This document shows, piece after piece, positions 1-9,688 of a stretch of DNA of 64,000 nucleotides. Numbering within the stretch: the stretch's first letter is position 1; each line of letters starts with the position of its first letter. The stretch is from positions 7,849 to 71,848 of the forward strand of contig CAZWKL010000003.1 in assembly GCA_964633875.1 (NCBI GenBank), in the 5' to 3' direction. The stretch comes from an uncultured Pseudomonadales bacterium. GTDB taxonomy: Bacteria; Patescibacteriota; Microgenomatia; UBA1400; PJMF01. The notes beneath the pieces were generated by a model. That model worked only from the letters and a program-made list of their open reading frames with translations. It ran no database searches and was not told where the DNA came from. The position numbers were made by a program, and so were the translations under genes.

Positions 1-774
1 GCCCGCAGCAAAGTCACCAGCGCCGAAGTGATAGTGCCGGCAGGATTTTTTACCTGATGCTCAATCTCCAACTTAGCAATCAGAGGGGAGTTGTAAGCGC
101 CGCGCCGAGTTTGGTTGTCGAAAATCGCCAGATCATAAGGCCATCGGAATGACAAAAAAGCTTCCAGGGTGTAGTCGCCCACCAGGCAAATCCGGTCGGC
201 TCTAACAGTGGGAGCCTTTACCAATTTTCCTTGCGGCTCCGAGAAAAACTTTCTTTGCTTTGCAGACAAAGTGAGACCGCCTTCAATGGCGCCGGGAAAA
301 TAGCGCCCGCTTCTACTAACCAGACCAGCGCGGATATTTTCAGCATGAAGGTCCTCGCCTCTCTCATCTTTGATCATCTGAAAAACATGAACCGGCAGCT
401 CGCTGAGGTTTTGCCCCCGGCGAATGGCGTTGATTTTGTCTGCTCCGCTCACAGTTTCCTCAGTGACGATGAGGGCTTCAATGCGCGTGTCCGGTTCGAT
501 TGTCGGGCCGTAGGGATCATTAAGCTTGATAATTTCGCAGGCGATGTGGTTGGTTTGACAAAAACGCTTCACCTGCTTGACTCGCTCATGCCAGGGTTGA
601 ATCAATTCCGGCAGAGGCTTGCCCAACAGCATTTTTTCGGTGGTGATGCCAATGATTAAGTAATCAGCGGCTGTAGCGGCAAATTTGAGAAATTCTTCGT
701 GGCCCTGGTGGAAATGATCGAAAGTGCCGCCCAGGCCGGCAATGGTAAATTTTCCTTTGTGTTTTAGAGACATG
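1..774 (-). CDS. PPAT-like cytidylyltransferase fused to a DUF359-like C-terminal domain (possible phosphopantetheine adenylyltransferase / dephospho-CoA kinase); partial, continues beyond the window start
   Basis: Manual minus-strand translation from the ATG at 772-774 gives MSLKHKGKFTIAGLGGTFDHFHQGHEEFL..., the H-x-G-H nucleotidyltransferase motif of the CoaD/cytidylyltransferase family, followed by ...RADRICLVGDYTLEAF... The frame stays open to position 1. The listed + ORF 231..659 is antisense to it. Confidence 0.5.
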
Positions 775-1426
775 TGACTCCCCAAAGACCGAGATTATTT
801 TCCCGGGCGTAACTTTCAGATTCACGAAATGTATCTTGGTGTTTGATGTCGGGGGGAAAGCTGGCGGCAAAGGCGTAACCCTCTTTCACCAGGGCATCAT
901 TGACAAAAATATCACCAATGTAAACGTAACGCAGCAGTCGCCCGTAGCGATCGGTTTCCGACACATCTTTTTCCAGCACCACCACTTTGCCACTCACCAG
1001 CTCCCTGTTTTTCTCGGTGGCTTCTTGGCCGAAGCAGTCCTCTCGCCCGTAGGTTTCTGGGGTATCAATGCCGATATACCGCACTGTTTGCCCACCGTCT
1101 AACTGAATGGTGTCGCCGTCGATAATTCTAGTGACCCTGGCGGAAGTGGTGTTTGTGTTTGCCGGTTGTGAGGTGGCGGCTTCATCTTCGGTTCCGGCTT
1201 CAGTGTTGACCTCAGTTTGGACCTCAGCTAGCGGCTCCCCTGTTTTTTCAGCAACAATACTCTCACTAAGCTTCCAGATTTGATCAAGCGGATTTTCCGG
1301 CAAGGATTGAATATATTTGATTAAGCCAGTGATATAAATTGCGGCCAGTATGATAATAATCACTGAAAATTTTAAGGTTGATTTAAGGAATTTTTGTTGT
1401 TCAAACCGGCTAACAATTTCGCTCAT
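764..1426 (-). CDS. membrane-anchored thermonuclease (staphylococcal nuclease/SNase family)
   Basis: N-terminal TM helix, then IDGDTIQLDGGQTVRYIGIDTPE ... RYGRLLRYVY ... NLGLWG, the classic SNase motifs. Confidence 0.75.
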   Translation of the reverse strand: MSEIVSRFEQQKFLKSTLKFSVIIIILAAIYITGLIKYIQSLPENPLDQIWKLSESIVAEKTGEPLAEVQTEVNTEAGTEDEAATSQPANTNTTSARVTRIIDGDTIQLDGGQTVRYIGIDTPETYGREDCFGQEATEKNRELVSGKVVVLEKDVSETDRYGRLLRYVYIGDIFVNDALVKEGYAFAASFPPDIKHQDTFRESESYARENNLGLWGVTCL

Positions 1427-1488
1427 AAGTAAATTTTATTATATGATGAAAGAGGGTATTTTGATAGCAAGGATATAAAATATCAAAG

Positions 1489-1722
1489 TTACCTCTCCCT
1501 ATTTAAAAGCAAATCAATACTCGCAAAAATTTCATTCACAAACGTATCCCTGTGTTTTCTAGAATTCCAGTTATGGGTGTAGTCGTCTATTTCTATAGCT
1601 TTAAATGTTTCTAGTGTATCTTTGTGTACTAAAACAGAATCAACTGATTTTCTATTGATTTTCTTAAAGTATGAATAGAAGTTTCTTTGATCAGTCACTT
1701 CAATTATCTTGTCCAAATTCAC
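1489..1722 (-). CDS. hypothetical small protein in an AT-rich segment
   Basis: 77 aa ORF with no recognisable motif; the local AT content is clearly higher than in the flanking core genes. Confidence 0.3.
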   Translation of the reverse strand: MNLDKIIEVTDQRNFYSYFKKINRKSVDSVLVHKDTLETFKAIEIDDYTHNWNSRKHRDTFVNEIFASIDLLLNRER

Positions 1723-2041
1723 TTGAGGGAAAATATAATATGCTTGTCCGTATTTTTCTTGTAGATGAAAAAAATAATTTCTTTCTGATCAAGTCATGAC
1801 AGAAAATCTTTTTCTATATAAAAGCTGATAGCCTGTAACTTCTTTTGACAAATCCTTGTCGAGTGAAGGCGACAGACTTTGAACGCCTTACACAAGCAAT
1901 TCTAGCATGGTGGAAGCCAGCTGAGTTGGTGGCAGACGAGATGATTGATATTGATAATTCCTGGCAAGGTGAAAACAAAGCAGGGTTGGTCTACCTCTAC
2001 TAGGTTTTCTTGGCTAAAACGGGTACAATCACGGTCAAATT

Positions 2042-2308
2042 ATGGACAATTCAACACAAAAACAACTCCAAGACAGTAAGCGATTATTAGAGCAAATGCT
2101 CAAACAGAAGGGTGCTAACCGTGCCGAGATAATGATGGCACTCAAAGCAATACAAGAGCAGGAAGACTCTGGCGTTGATAATGCCACTATGATGAAAGAT
2201 GCGAATGGACGTGAGATTTTCTATATGCTCATCGAGAAGAACCCAATAAAAAAATTCTTTCAATATATACGGAAGATAGTGTTTGAACTATTCAGATTTA
2301 GGCGGTAG
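2042..2308 (+). CDS. hypothetical protein
   Basis: 88 aa ORF in the AT-rich segment; no recognisable motif. Confidence 0.3.
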   Translation: MDNSTQKQLQDSKRLLEQMLKQKGANRAEIMMALKAIQEQEDSGVDNATMMKDANGREIFYMLIEKNPIKKFFQYIRKIVFELFRFRR

Positions 2309-3019
2309 TTTTAGTCCAAGAGAGTTTTTGTATTCTTCTGGGTCAAAATCCTTTTTCCTAGCTAAGGCTCTATCAATAGCAATGCTGATTCTAGCTCTTG
2401 AGTAGCGTTGAGCTAAAACACAGTAGGTGTTTACCATGAAGGCACCGAAATTGATAATTACGGCGCCATCAATTCTTCCAGAGGCAAGTAAAGGCAGTAA
2501 CGCCATTGTGCACCAACTCATTCCAAATAAGTGTATTGCTTCGTTTAGCGTATTTTGATGGGTAGCAAAATCTACCATTGAATTAAGGTTTGGTTTTCCA
2601 AGTGTGTAGTTTGATTGAATCTGTTTATCAACTCCCATTGCTTTTTTCATTCTTCGCATTGCGCCTACTGGAATTGCCTGAAACTTATCTACTTGCAACT
2701 GTTTCATCAATCGTATTGTTCCTTCAGGATTTCTCGGCTTAATCCACATCTTAACAGCTCTTTGAAGAAGATTCCCGTTAGCGGTGTCAAGCATTTCAGC
2801 AAAGTTTTCTGGGTACTCATCCTCATATTGAACATCGTCTTGTTCGAGGTCTTTTAGTAATTCATCGACCTCCATGTGAGCTACCTCTCTAAAAACCTCA
2901 ACACAAACATCTGGCGGTAGGATTTCTTCTGAAGCTGGAGGTATTGAATCTAAGAAGGAGAGCCTATCTTGGTCATCAAAAAAACTTGGTTCTTGGTCAT
3001 GGTATCGTTGTTCAGTCAT
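2288..3019 (-). CDS. hypothetical protein
   Basis: 243 aa ORF with an acidic N-terminus in the AT-rich segment; no recognisable motif. Confidence 0.35.
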   Translation of the reverse strand: MTEQRYHDQEPSFFDDQDRLSFLDSIPPASEEILPPDVCVEVFREVAHMEVDELLKDLEQDDVQYEDEYPENFAEMLDTANGNLLQRAVKMWIKPRNPEGTIRLMKQLQVDKFQAIPVGAMRRMKKAMGVDKQIQSNYTLGKPNLNSMVDFATHQNTLNEAIHLFGMSWCTMALLPLLASGRIDGAVIINFGAFMVNTYCVLAQRYSRARISIAIDRALARKKDFDPEEYKNSLGLKLPPKSE

Positions 3020-3145
3020 AACGGTTATTATACATAATTTTGTGCATAATGGGTGTTTATACTTGTTATGCTTTGTTATGTTTCAACCGCTACCCCTCCA
3101 CGCTAGAGAAGGGGTTAAACTGGCTGGCTATTCTACAGCAAGAGA

Positions 3146-4816
3146 GTGTTTCGTGGCTCAATCTTTTGTTTTTTTGGCTATAATTCGGGTATGGAAGAAG
3201 AACTGGACGTTACCAAACTCAAGTATATTCTCTACGCTCGCAAGTCTACTGATGACCCAGAGCGTCAGGCTCGCTCTATTCCAGACCAAATAGCTGAATG
3301 TCGCCAGTTGGCAAGGCGTCTCGGTTTAACTATTGTTGGAAAGCCTCTTGAAGAACAAAAATCAGCTAAGAAACCTGGTAAACGCCCTGTTTTTCGGCAG
3401 ATGCTTCGAGATATTAAGGCTGGTAAGTACGATGGCATTCTCTGCTGGAATCCAGACCGCCTAGCTCGCAACATGAAAGAGGGTGGTGAGGTCATTGACA
3501 TGATTGACGAGGACGAAATTAAAGACCTCAAGTTTGTTACCCACCACTTCACCAAAGATGCTAACGGTTTAATGCTTCTTGGTATGGCGTTTGTGTTGAG
3601 TAAGCAGTACAGCGACAAACTCTCCGCAGATGTTACTCGTGGTATGCACCGCAAGGTTCAGGAAGGACGTTCTCACATCCCCAAGCCTGGATATATCACC
3701 GATGAATCAGGCAGATATCAACCAGATGGAAACAACTTTGAGTTAATCAAGGAAGCCTGGCAAATGAGACTTCGTGGTGAATCACTAGAGAAGATTAGCC
3801 AACACATAAATGGTTTAGGTTACTTTAGATTGGTCAAATCAAGTGGCAGACACGTTAAGATGGGAAAACGGCGGTTAAGCGAGGTGTTTCGGGATTCTTT
3901 TTACTACGGGATGTTGGTGCAAGGAACGCAAATTATTGACCTCCGCACCAAATATGAGTTTCAGCCAGCAGTGAGTGAAGAAGACTTCCTGACTATCAAT
4001 CATCAAGGCAAGAGCCGTCTTACGCCTATCAACACCAATCGCAACACGTTTTACCCGTTTAAGGCGTTTGTGAAGTGTTCATTCTGTGATGCCAATATGA
4101 CTGTCGGTCCTTCGACAGGTGGCAGTGGCAAGCGGTATCTGAACTTTCGTTGTGAGAATCCTAATTGTGTTCGCAATAGTCAAGAAAATAGGGATAAAGC
4201 CAGGAATGACCCAACCAAGATTAAAGCTTCTGTTAGAGTAAATATCCTACTGAATTGGCTTTATGAGTTCTTGGCTGACGGTCTGAACCTTACAGAAAAA
4301 GACTACCAAATCTACCTCAAAGAAATGACTGACGTTTTGACCGCCAAGCGCACCAAGATGGAACAGGAATTAAACAGCAAGCAAGGCACACTCAAATCAT
4401 TAGAGACAGAGCTAAGAGATATTGCTCTCGGGGTACTCAAACAAAAAGAGGGTTCAACTGCCAAACAATATGGTGAACAAAAGCTAGCAGAACTCACTGG
4501 GCAGAAGACGCAACTGATGGCTGACATTGCCGCTCTCAAAGAGCAAATGCCGGATATTCAGCAAGATACACTGACGCTTGAAGACTTCTTGAACTTGTCT
4601 AAAAGTGCTGGTCAATCGGTGAAAGACGGAACTCCCGAACTCAAAGACCAAATTGTGAGAATTGTTTTCTTGAACGTCTGGATTGATACCGAAAAAGTAA
4701 CGGCGTACAGGCTAAAAGAACCTTTTGATACCCTGCTTACTGACCCTGATGGGAACTCTTGTCGGGGAGACAGGACTCGAACCTGCGACCTCGCGCTCCC
4801 AAAGCGCGCACTCTAG
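3146..4816 (+). CDS. large serine recombinase (resolvase/invertase N-domain, recombinase domain, zinc ribbon and coiled coil)
   Basis: N-terminal YARKSTDD...IPDQ...DGILCWNPDRLARN is a serine-recombinase catalytic domain. Downstream there is a Cys-rich zinc ribbon (CSFCDANMTV...FRCENPNCV) and a long coiled-coil tail. The last 55 nt of the ORF run antisense through tRNA-Pro. Confidence 0.85.
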   Translation: MFRGSIFCFFGYNSGMEEELDVTKLKYILYARKSTDDPERQARSIPDQIAECRQLARRLGLTIVGKPLEEQKSAKKPGKRPVFRQMLRDIKAGKYDGILCWNPDRLARNMKEGGEVIDMIDEDEIKDLKFVTHHFTKDANGLMLLGMAFVLSKQYSDKLSADVTRGMHRKVQEGRSHIPKPGYITDESGRYQPDGNNFELIKEAWQMRLRGESLEKISQHINGLGYFRLVKSSGRHVKMGKRRLSEVFRDSFYYGMLVQGTQIIDLRTKYEFQPAVSEEDFLTINHQGKSRLTPINTNRNTFYPFKAFVKCSFCDANMTVGPSTGGSGKRYLNFRCENPNCVRNSQENRDKARNDPTKIKASVRVNILLNWLYEFLADGLNLTEKDYQIYLKEMTDVLTAKRTKMEQELNSKQGTLKSLETELRDIALGVLKQKEGSTAKQYGEQKLAELTGQKTQLMADIAALKEQMPDIQQDTLTLEDFLNLSKSAGQSVKDGTPELKDQIVRIVFLNVWIDTEKVTAYRLKEPFDTLLTDPDGNSCRGDRTRTCDLALPKRAL

Positions 4817-4835
4817 CCATCTGAGCTACTCCCCG
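4762..4835 (-). tRNA. tRNA-Pro (anticodon TGG)
   Basis: Reverse complement folds as a cloverleaf: acceptor CGGGGAG/CTCCCCG, D-arm AGCTCAGATGGCTAGAG, anticodon loop UUUGGGA and T-arm GGTTCGAGTCC. Confidence 0.85.
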
Positions 4836-4854
4836 GTTGTTATCTAGTTCCGAG

Positions 4855-4938
4855 TGCCGAAGGTGGGACTCGAACCCACAAGGCCTTGCGGCCAACAGAT
4901 TTTAAGTCTGTCGCGTATACCGATTCCGCCACTTCGGC
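4855..4938 (-). tRNA. tRNA-Leu (anticodon TAA)
   Basis: Reverse complement GCCGAAGTGGCGGAATCGGTA...ACAGACTTAAAATCTGT... has the long variable arm typical of tRNA-Leu and T-arm GGTTCGAGTCC. Confidence 0.85.
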
Positions 4939-5076
4939 TTTGTTTTTGGATCAAGGTATTATAACACCAGTTTGCCTTGAATTTATATAATTGTTACAAA
5001 ACTTTTAACCGAGTGTTATGCAATAACCATATGATCAGTTTTAATACCAAGTACCTTAGTAAATAAGGGGAAAATT

Positions 5077-5637
5077 ATGGTTAGAAGCAATCAACAAGGT
5101 CTTTCACAAACAGCTTGGATTATCATTGGGGTGGTGGCAATTGCGCTCATCGCCCTAGCTATTCCGCTTTTTACCTCTGAAGACACGCGAACTGAACTCG
5201 GTTTGGACGCTACACCTACCACTCCCATTGGCGTTGAGCCAACTCCAGATATCGCTGCTGAAATTGAAAATGAAGCCACGATTCAGGGAGAAACTACCCT
5301 GGCGGCGGTTTTAAACAATCCCGAAATTTATGCCGGCCAGCAAGTGATGGTCCGTGGTGAGTTGGGCGAATGGCTAAGCGCTCAGGCTTTCACCTTGGAG
5401 AGTCCGTCGTTTTTGGGCAGCGATCTTTTGGTGGTGGGAGCTACCATTCCGCAGCCTGCAGACGAAGGTCTTTTAAATGATCCGGATCTGCTGGTGGAAG
5501 CGCAAGGAGTAGTCAGGATAGTTGATGTCAATGATGCTCAGACGCTTGAAAACTACAATCTCGGGGAGGCTGAGCTGGCGGATTGGGATGGCAGGCCGGT
5601 GTTGGTAGCCACGATAGCGCAAGTTGTTCAGGAATAG
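5077..5637 (+). CDS. hypothetical membrane-anchored or secreted acidic protein
   Basis: N-terminal TM/signal anchor (WIIIGVVAIALIALAIPLF) and a Shine-Dalgarno-like aaggggaaaattATG; no conserved motif recognised. Confidence 0.4.
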   Translation: MVRSNQQGLSQTAWIIIGVVAIALIALAIPLFTSEDTRTELGLDATPTTPIGVEPTPDIAAEIENEATIQGETTLAAVLNNPEIYAGQQVMVRGELGEWLSAQAFTLESPSFLGSDLLVVGATIPQPADEGLLNDPDLLVEAQGVVRIVDVNDAQTLENYNLGEAELADWDGRPVLVATIAQVVQE

Positions 5638-5730
5638 AGCTTGGCGGAGCTTGAATGTAATTGGCGGGAAAATACTAGCCTCCAGTATTTACGTTTTTTG
5701 TCATTTCCAGTAGAATACTAACTTATTCGT

Positions 5731-5805
5731 GCGGGTGTAGTACAACGGCTAGTATATCTCCCTTCCAAGGAGAAGATGACGGTTCGATTCCGTTCACCCG
5801 CTCCA
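5731..5805 (+). tRNA. tRNA-Gly (anticodon TCC), CCA encoded
   Basis: GCGGGTG acceptor, anticodon loop CUUCCAA, T-arm GGTTCGATTCC, 3' CACCCGC-T-CCA. Confidence 0.85.
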
Positions 5806-5909
5806 AAAGTGATAGAAATGTACAGAAAATTACTGGGAAATGACACAAACTGGTAAAGAAGTCACCGCAGCAGAGATTCTTGAAAGTTTAGGGGCGAAAC
5901 CTTCCATTA

Positions 5910-6545
5910 GTGAAGAGCGTGCAGCATTTAGAACAGGCTGGTTTTGGCATTAACCAGGTAGATGAGTACCAAGAAAAACTTTATAAAGATTTTATGAGAA
6001 AAGAAGTAAAAATAGTATTGATTGAAACACCTTCAGTCGAACAATCTAAGAAGATATCTGAACTACAGAGATTATGTTTTGTCGATGTAGACAGTGAAGA
6101 AGCAGATGAAGATTTCTATCATTCTCCGTCAGTCCAGATAGTTGCATATGTTGGTGATGTATTAGTGGGTTGGGCCGGTGTTCACATTTCAGAACAGACC
6201 TACAAAAACTACCGCATTAAACTTGGTGGTTATGGTATTTGTACTCATCCTGATTTTAGACAAATGGGCATAGCTACTAAGGTTGCGGGAGAGGCAATGA
6301 CGTACTTAAAAGATAAAGGTTGTGATATTGGTTTCTTATCAGTAAACTCCGAAGACCAAAAATCCATAAAACTACACCAGAAGTATGGATTTATGATGCT
6401 TCCTCAGTATTTTTCTTGGACAAATAATGAAGGAGAGATAAAAGAGGATACTGGAGGAATGATAGCACCAATCAACTCTGAAGAGCTATTTAATCTCGTA
6501 TTAGATGGTTCTGATAATCTGTATGTAGGTGAGGGATATTGGTAA
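5910..6545 (+). CDS. GNAT-family N-acetyltransferase
   Basis: R-x-x-G-x-A acetyl-CoA-binding motif (FRQMGIATKVAGEA) in a GNAT-like fold context. AT-rich. The true start may be an internal Met. Confidence 0.5.
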   Translation: MKSVQHLEQAGFGINQVDEYQEKLYKDFMRKEVKIVLIETPSVEQSKKISELQRLCFVDVDSEEADEDFYHSPSVQIVAYVGDVLVGWAGVHISEQTYKNYRIKLGGYGICTHPDFRQMGIATKVAGEAMTYLKDKGCDIGFLSVNSEDQKSIKLHQKYGFMMLPQYFSWTNNEGEIKEDTGGMIAPINSEELFNLVLDGSDNLYVGEGYW

Positions 6546-6550
6546 GCAGT

Positions 6551-7243
6551 TTAAATCCGCTTCTCCTTAACCTGTTCAGCCTTGGCAGTGATCAGCTCTA
6601 CCACTTCGTTTATCGTCAAGGTGGTGGTGTCAATTTCCCATACGCCGGGAATTTTCTTCAGGTATTTTAAGGAGTCCCGTTCATCTCTGGCGTTAAGCTC
6701 ATCAAGCACATCAGCAAGCTGGGCGTCTACTCCCCGGCCCAATAAATCCTCCTGCCTCCGTTTGGCTCTCACTATAGGATCTGCATCCAAATATATTTTT
6801 AACTGAGCGTTTGGTAAAACGGTGTGAGTGATATCTCTGCCCTCCATGATCACATCGTTGGCGGCGGCGATTTGCTGTTGTAGCGCCACCAGTTTTTTTC
6901 TCACGCCTTTAAGTTGAGCCACAATCGAGGCGGTTTGACTAACTTCTTCGGTGCGAATTTTCCAGGAAACGTCTTCATTGTCGAGCAAAACAGTGACCAA
7001 ACGGCCGTCTTTCTCATCTTCATTCGGCATTCTCATATTGATTTGGTGTTTGTCTAGTTCTGTCAACACCTCTTTTTCGTTTTCGGGATCAATTTTTGAT
7101 CTCAAGGCCAACAGCGCCGTGCAGCGATAAGTGGCGCCGGTATCGATATAAAGCAGGTTGAGTCTTTCGGCTACAATTCTGGAAACGGTGCCCTTTCCTG
7201 CGGCAACGGTGCCATCAATGGCGATTTGAAAACTTTTCTTCAT
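6551..7243 (-). CDS. cmk: cytidylate kinase
   Basis: MKKSFQIAIDGTVAAGKGTVSRIVAERL (P-loop) plus the full-length Cmk pattern. Start adjusted to the MKKSF Met. Confidence 0.85.
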   Translation of the reverse strand: MKKSFQIAIDGTVAAGKGTVSRIVAERLNLLYIDTGATYRCTALLALRSKIDPENEKEVLTELDKHQINMRMPNEDEKDGRLVTVLLDNEDVSWKIRTEEVSQTASIVAQLKGVRKKLVALQQQIAAANDVIMEGRDITHTVLPNAQLKIYLDADPIVRAKRRQEDLLGRGVDAQLADVLDELNARDERDSLKYLKKIPGVWEIDTTTLTINEVVELITAKAEQVKEKRI

Positions 7244-7334
7244 AGTTGTTGTTATAGCATAATACTCGGTGTGAAACAAAATGGCTCGGGCAATTGCTTG
7301 CCCGAGCCAACACAAATACCAATCCGCTTTTCTA

Positions 7335-7748
7335 TCACTCCCTGCTTTTAACCGTCAACTTTCTTGGTTTGGAAGCTTCAGCTTTTTTGAACTTCACTTC
7401 CAAAACGCCATTACTCACCTCCGCCAACGGCTCAGCTTTTTCATCAATCATACCAGGCACAGACACCCGATAAGAATATGACCAAGATGATTTGCTGAAG
7501 TGCTTTTTGTCCTTGTCATCCTCCTCTTCAGTGCGGTCTGCCCGCACATACAGAACTCCTTTTTCAAAAGTCACTTCCACGTCGTCTGGTTTCACCCCGG
7601 CCACGTTGGCTTGGACCACCACTTCATCTTCAGTTTCATAAACATCCAAATTGTTGGAAGCTGAAGTAAGCGAAGTAAAATCGTCCTCACCGAAAATGCT
7701 TGGCCATCTGTTCACAAATGGACTCCAGCGCATCAATGAAGTTGTCAT
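7335..7748 (-). CDS. Hsp20/alpha-crystallin small heat-shock protein
   Basis: Alpha-crystallin domain pattern (DVYETEDEVVVQANVAGVKPDDVEVTFEKGVLYVRADR...GVLEVKFKK). Confidence 0.8.
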   Translation of the reverse strand: MTTSLMRWSPFVNRWPSIFGEDDFTSLTSASNNLDVYETEDEVVVQANVAGVKPDDVEVTFEKGVLYVRADRTEEEDDKDKKHFSKSSWSYSYRVSVPGMIDEKAEPLAEVSNGVLEVKFKKAEASKPRKLTVKSRE

Positions 7749-7864
7749 TTTTCCCTTTCTCTGCCTTTAATTAGCAGACAATAGCTCCTACTGCTAATAT
7801 TATGCCAAGCTAATCGGCTGGTGTCAAGTTTTCATCACTGCGGACATCAGGTATACTATGGCAT

Positions 7865-9004
7865 ATGTTCAAAGCGCTGATTGTACTGGTTTTTACCGTA
7901 AATTTCTTTGTTTTTCCGCCTGGCGTTTTTGCTCAAGCAGAGCCTATCGCAGAATTTGTCACGCCTAAACCTCACTACTCCACCGGCCAAGTCATTGAAG
8001 TCCTCGAACAGCAGGAATTGAAATATGACTCGGAAACGTTTTATCTGCAAAAACTGCTGGTGAGATCGCAGGCAGGTGAAGAGTCGGAAGTGATTATGGG
8101 AACCGAGTTCCAACCGCTCAGCAGCTCGCAGTTGCTTAAAAAAGGCGACAGCATCGTTCTGACCGAGCAAATAACTTACGCTGGTGAGAGCGAAAATATC
8201 ATTGCCGATATTTACCGGCTGCCAATTATGGCTTGGCTGTTGCTGGGTTTCTTTTTAGTGGTGATGGCGGTGGCTGGTTTTAAGGGACTGTTTTCTATTG
8301 GCGGCATGTTTTTGAGTTTGGTGGTTTTGGGTAGCTATGTGGTGCCGCAGATTTTGCATGGCGCGCAGCCGATTGTGGTGGCTTTAATCGGCGCGGTGGC
8401 TATTGCCAGCATTACCATTTATCTCTCTCACGGGTTTAAGGCTTCGTCGCATATTGCTTTGGTTTCGATTCTCTCTACTCTGCTTGGAGTGACGCTGCTG
8501 TCTGCCTGGTATTTGAGTCTGGCAGCGCTGACTGGTTTTGGTAGCGAGGAGGCGGCTTTTCTGCAAGTGGGCGAAACTGCCAGCATCAATCTGCAGGGTT
8601 TGTTGCTGAGTGGCATTATGCTTGGCGCTTTGGGAGTTTTGGATGATATTACTATTTCTCAGGTTGCTACCGTTTTTGAGCTGAAACGCGCCAACAAAAA
8701 ACTTTCTTTTGAGGACTTGTATCAACGAGGCATGAGAGTGGGTAAGGATCATGTGGCTTCGCTGGTGAACACTTTGGTTTTGGCTTATGCCGGCGCGAAT
8801 TTGCCGCTCTTTTTGCTGTTTACTTTGAGCGCTGATACGCCATTATGGGTGATTCTCAATCAGCAACTCATCGCTGAAGAAGTGGTCCGGACCCTGATGG
8901 GCTCCATTGGTTTGGTGGCAGCAGTGCCGCTCAGTACGGCCTTGGCTGCTTATTGGGCTAGTAACAGGGAGATTTCTGAAGCGGCTCATGTCCATCAGCA
9001 TTAA
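7865..9004 (+). CDS. polytopic membrane protein, YibE/F-like
   Basis: Signal peptide, an extracytoplasmic N-domain, then about 7 TM helices. The YibE/F assignment is from overall architecture only. Confidence 0.4.
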   Translation: MFKALIVLVFTVNFFVFPPGVFAQAEPIAEFVTPKPHYSTGQVIEVLEQQELKYDSETFYLQKLLVRSQAGEESEVIMGTEFQPLSSSQLLKKGDSIVLTEQITYAGESENIIADIYRLPIMAWLLLGFFLVVMAVAGFKGLFSIGGMFLSLVVLGSYVVPQILHGAQPIVVALIGAVAIASITIYLSHGFKASSHIALVSILSTLLGVTLLSAWYLSLAALTGFGSEEAAFLQVGETASINLQGLLLSGIMLGALGVLDDITISQVATVFELKRANKKLSFEDLYQRGMRVGKDHVASLVNTLVLAYAGANLPLFLLFTLSADTPLWVILNQQLIAEEVVRTLMGSIGLVAAVPLSTALAAYWASNREISEAAHVHQH

Positions 9005-9013
9005 ATTAGATTT

Positions 9014-9688
9014 ATGAAAACCCTGGTTTTTGCCGACACTCATCTGACTAACATTATTGAACCCGCTCTTTTCAAAAAGTTGGTGGAGCTGATTAGTGGC
9101 GTCGACAGAGTGATTATTAACGGCGATTTTTTTGAAAGCTACGTCACTGGTGTTGATGATTTTGTTAAGTCTGATTGGCGTTTGCTTTTTCCGTTGCTGC
9201 TGAAAAAAGAAACTATTTTTATTTACGGCAACCACGATTCGGCAAAAATGACGGGCGTGAAAGCCAAGTTGTTTTCACGAATTCAAACTGATTGTTACCA
9301 AATGAAGTTTGGCGATCAGGAAATAATTTTTATTCACGGTCACATTAAAGCGCCGGAATTTGACGATACTTTCCCCAAAATTACCCAGCGGTTTAAGCAT
9401 CATTACCACTTGATTTTTAATTTGCACCGGAGTAAAAGGTTGCTGGGAAGAATTTATACTTATTTGAAAAACTTCCACTATCGGGCCATGATGAGGAAAA
9501 TTGGCCAGTATGCGCTAGAAGAATTAAAAGAAAATCAGATCCTGATTGCCGGGCATTCTCACCAGAATATTGATGACCGGAAAAACCGGTTTATTAGCCT
9601 GGGGGCGTTTCAGCAAGGCACGGCTCATTACGTTGTTTTGGATGATAGCGATGGCAGCATTGAGATATTTAAGGAAAAATATGAGTAA
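9014..9688 (+). CDS. calcineurin-like metallophosphoesterase
   Basis: DTHL, INGDFFE, GNHD and GHSHQ metal-binding motifs in canonical order. Confidence 0.65.
   Translation: MKTLVFADTHLTNIIEPALFKKLVELISGVDRVIINGDFFESYVTGVDDFVKSDWRLLFPLLLKKETIFIYGNHDSAKMTGVKAKLFSRIQTDCYQMKFGDQEIIFIHGHIKAPEFDDTFPKITQRFKHHYHLIFNLHRSKRLLGRIYTYLKNFHYRAMMRKIGQYALEELKENQILIAGHSHQNIDDRKNRFISLGAFQQGTAHYVVLDDSDGSIEIFKEKYE

Larger units (their letters stand above)
1430..4855. mobile_element. putative small integrated element bounded on the right by serine recombinase/tRNA-Pro/tRNA-Leu; left boundary uncertain
   Basis: An AT-rich block of unrecognised ORFs sits immediately upstream of a large serine recombinase whose 3' end overlaps a tRNA gene. 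A degenerate tRNA-Leu 3'-end-like stretch (cgagtg..aagg..gact..gaac) lies at about 1859-1888. Confidence 0.35.

Noticed and set aside
231-659. 142 aa + strand ORF
   Set aside because: Lies entirely antisense to the better-supported PPAT-like gene (HxGH motif) on the minus strand; no motif of its own.
836-1102. 88 aa + strand ORF
   Set aside because: Antisense inside the thermonuclease gene; low-complexity translation.
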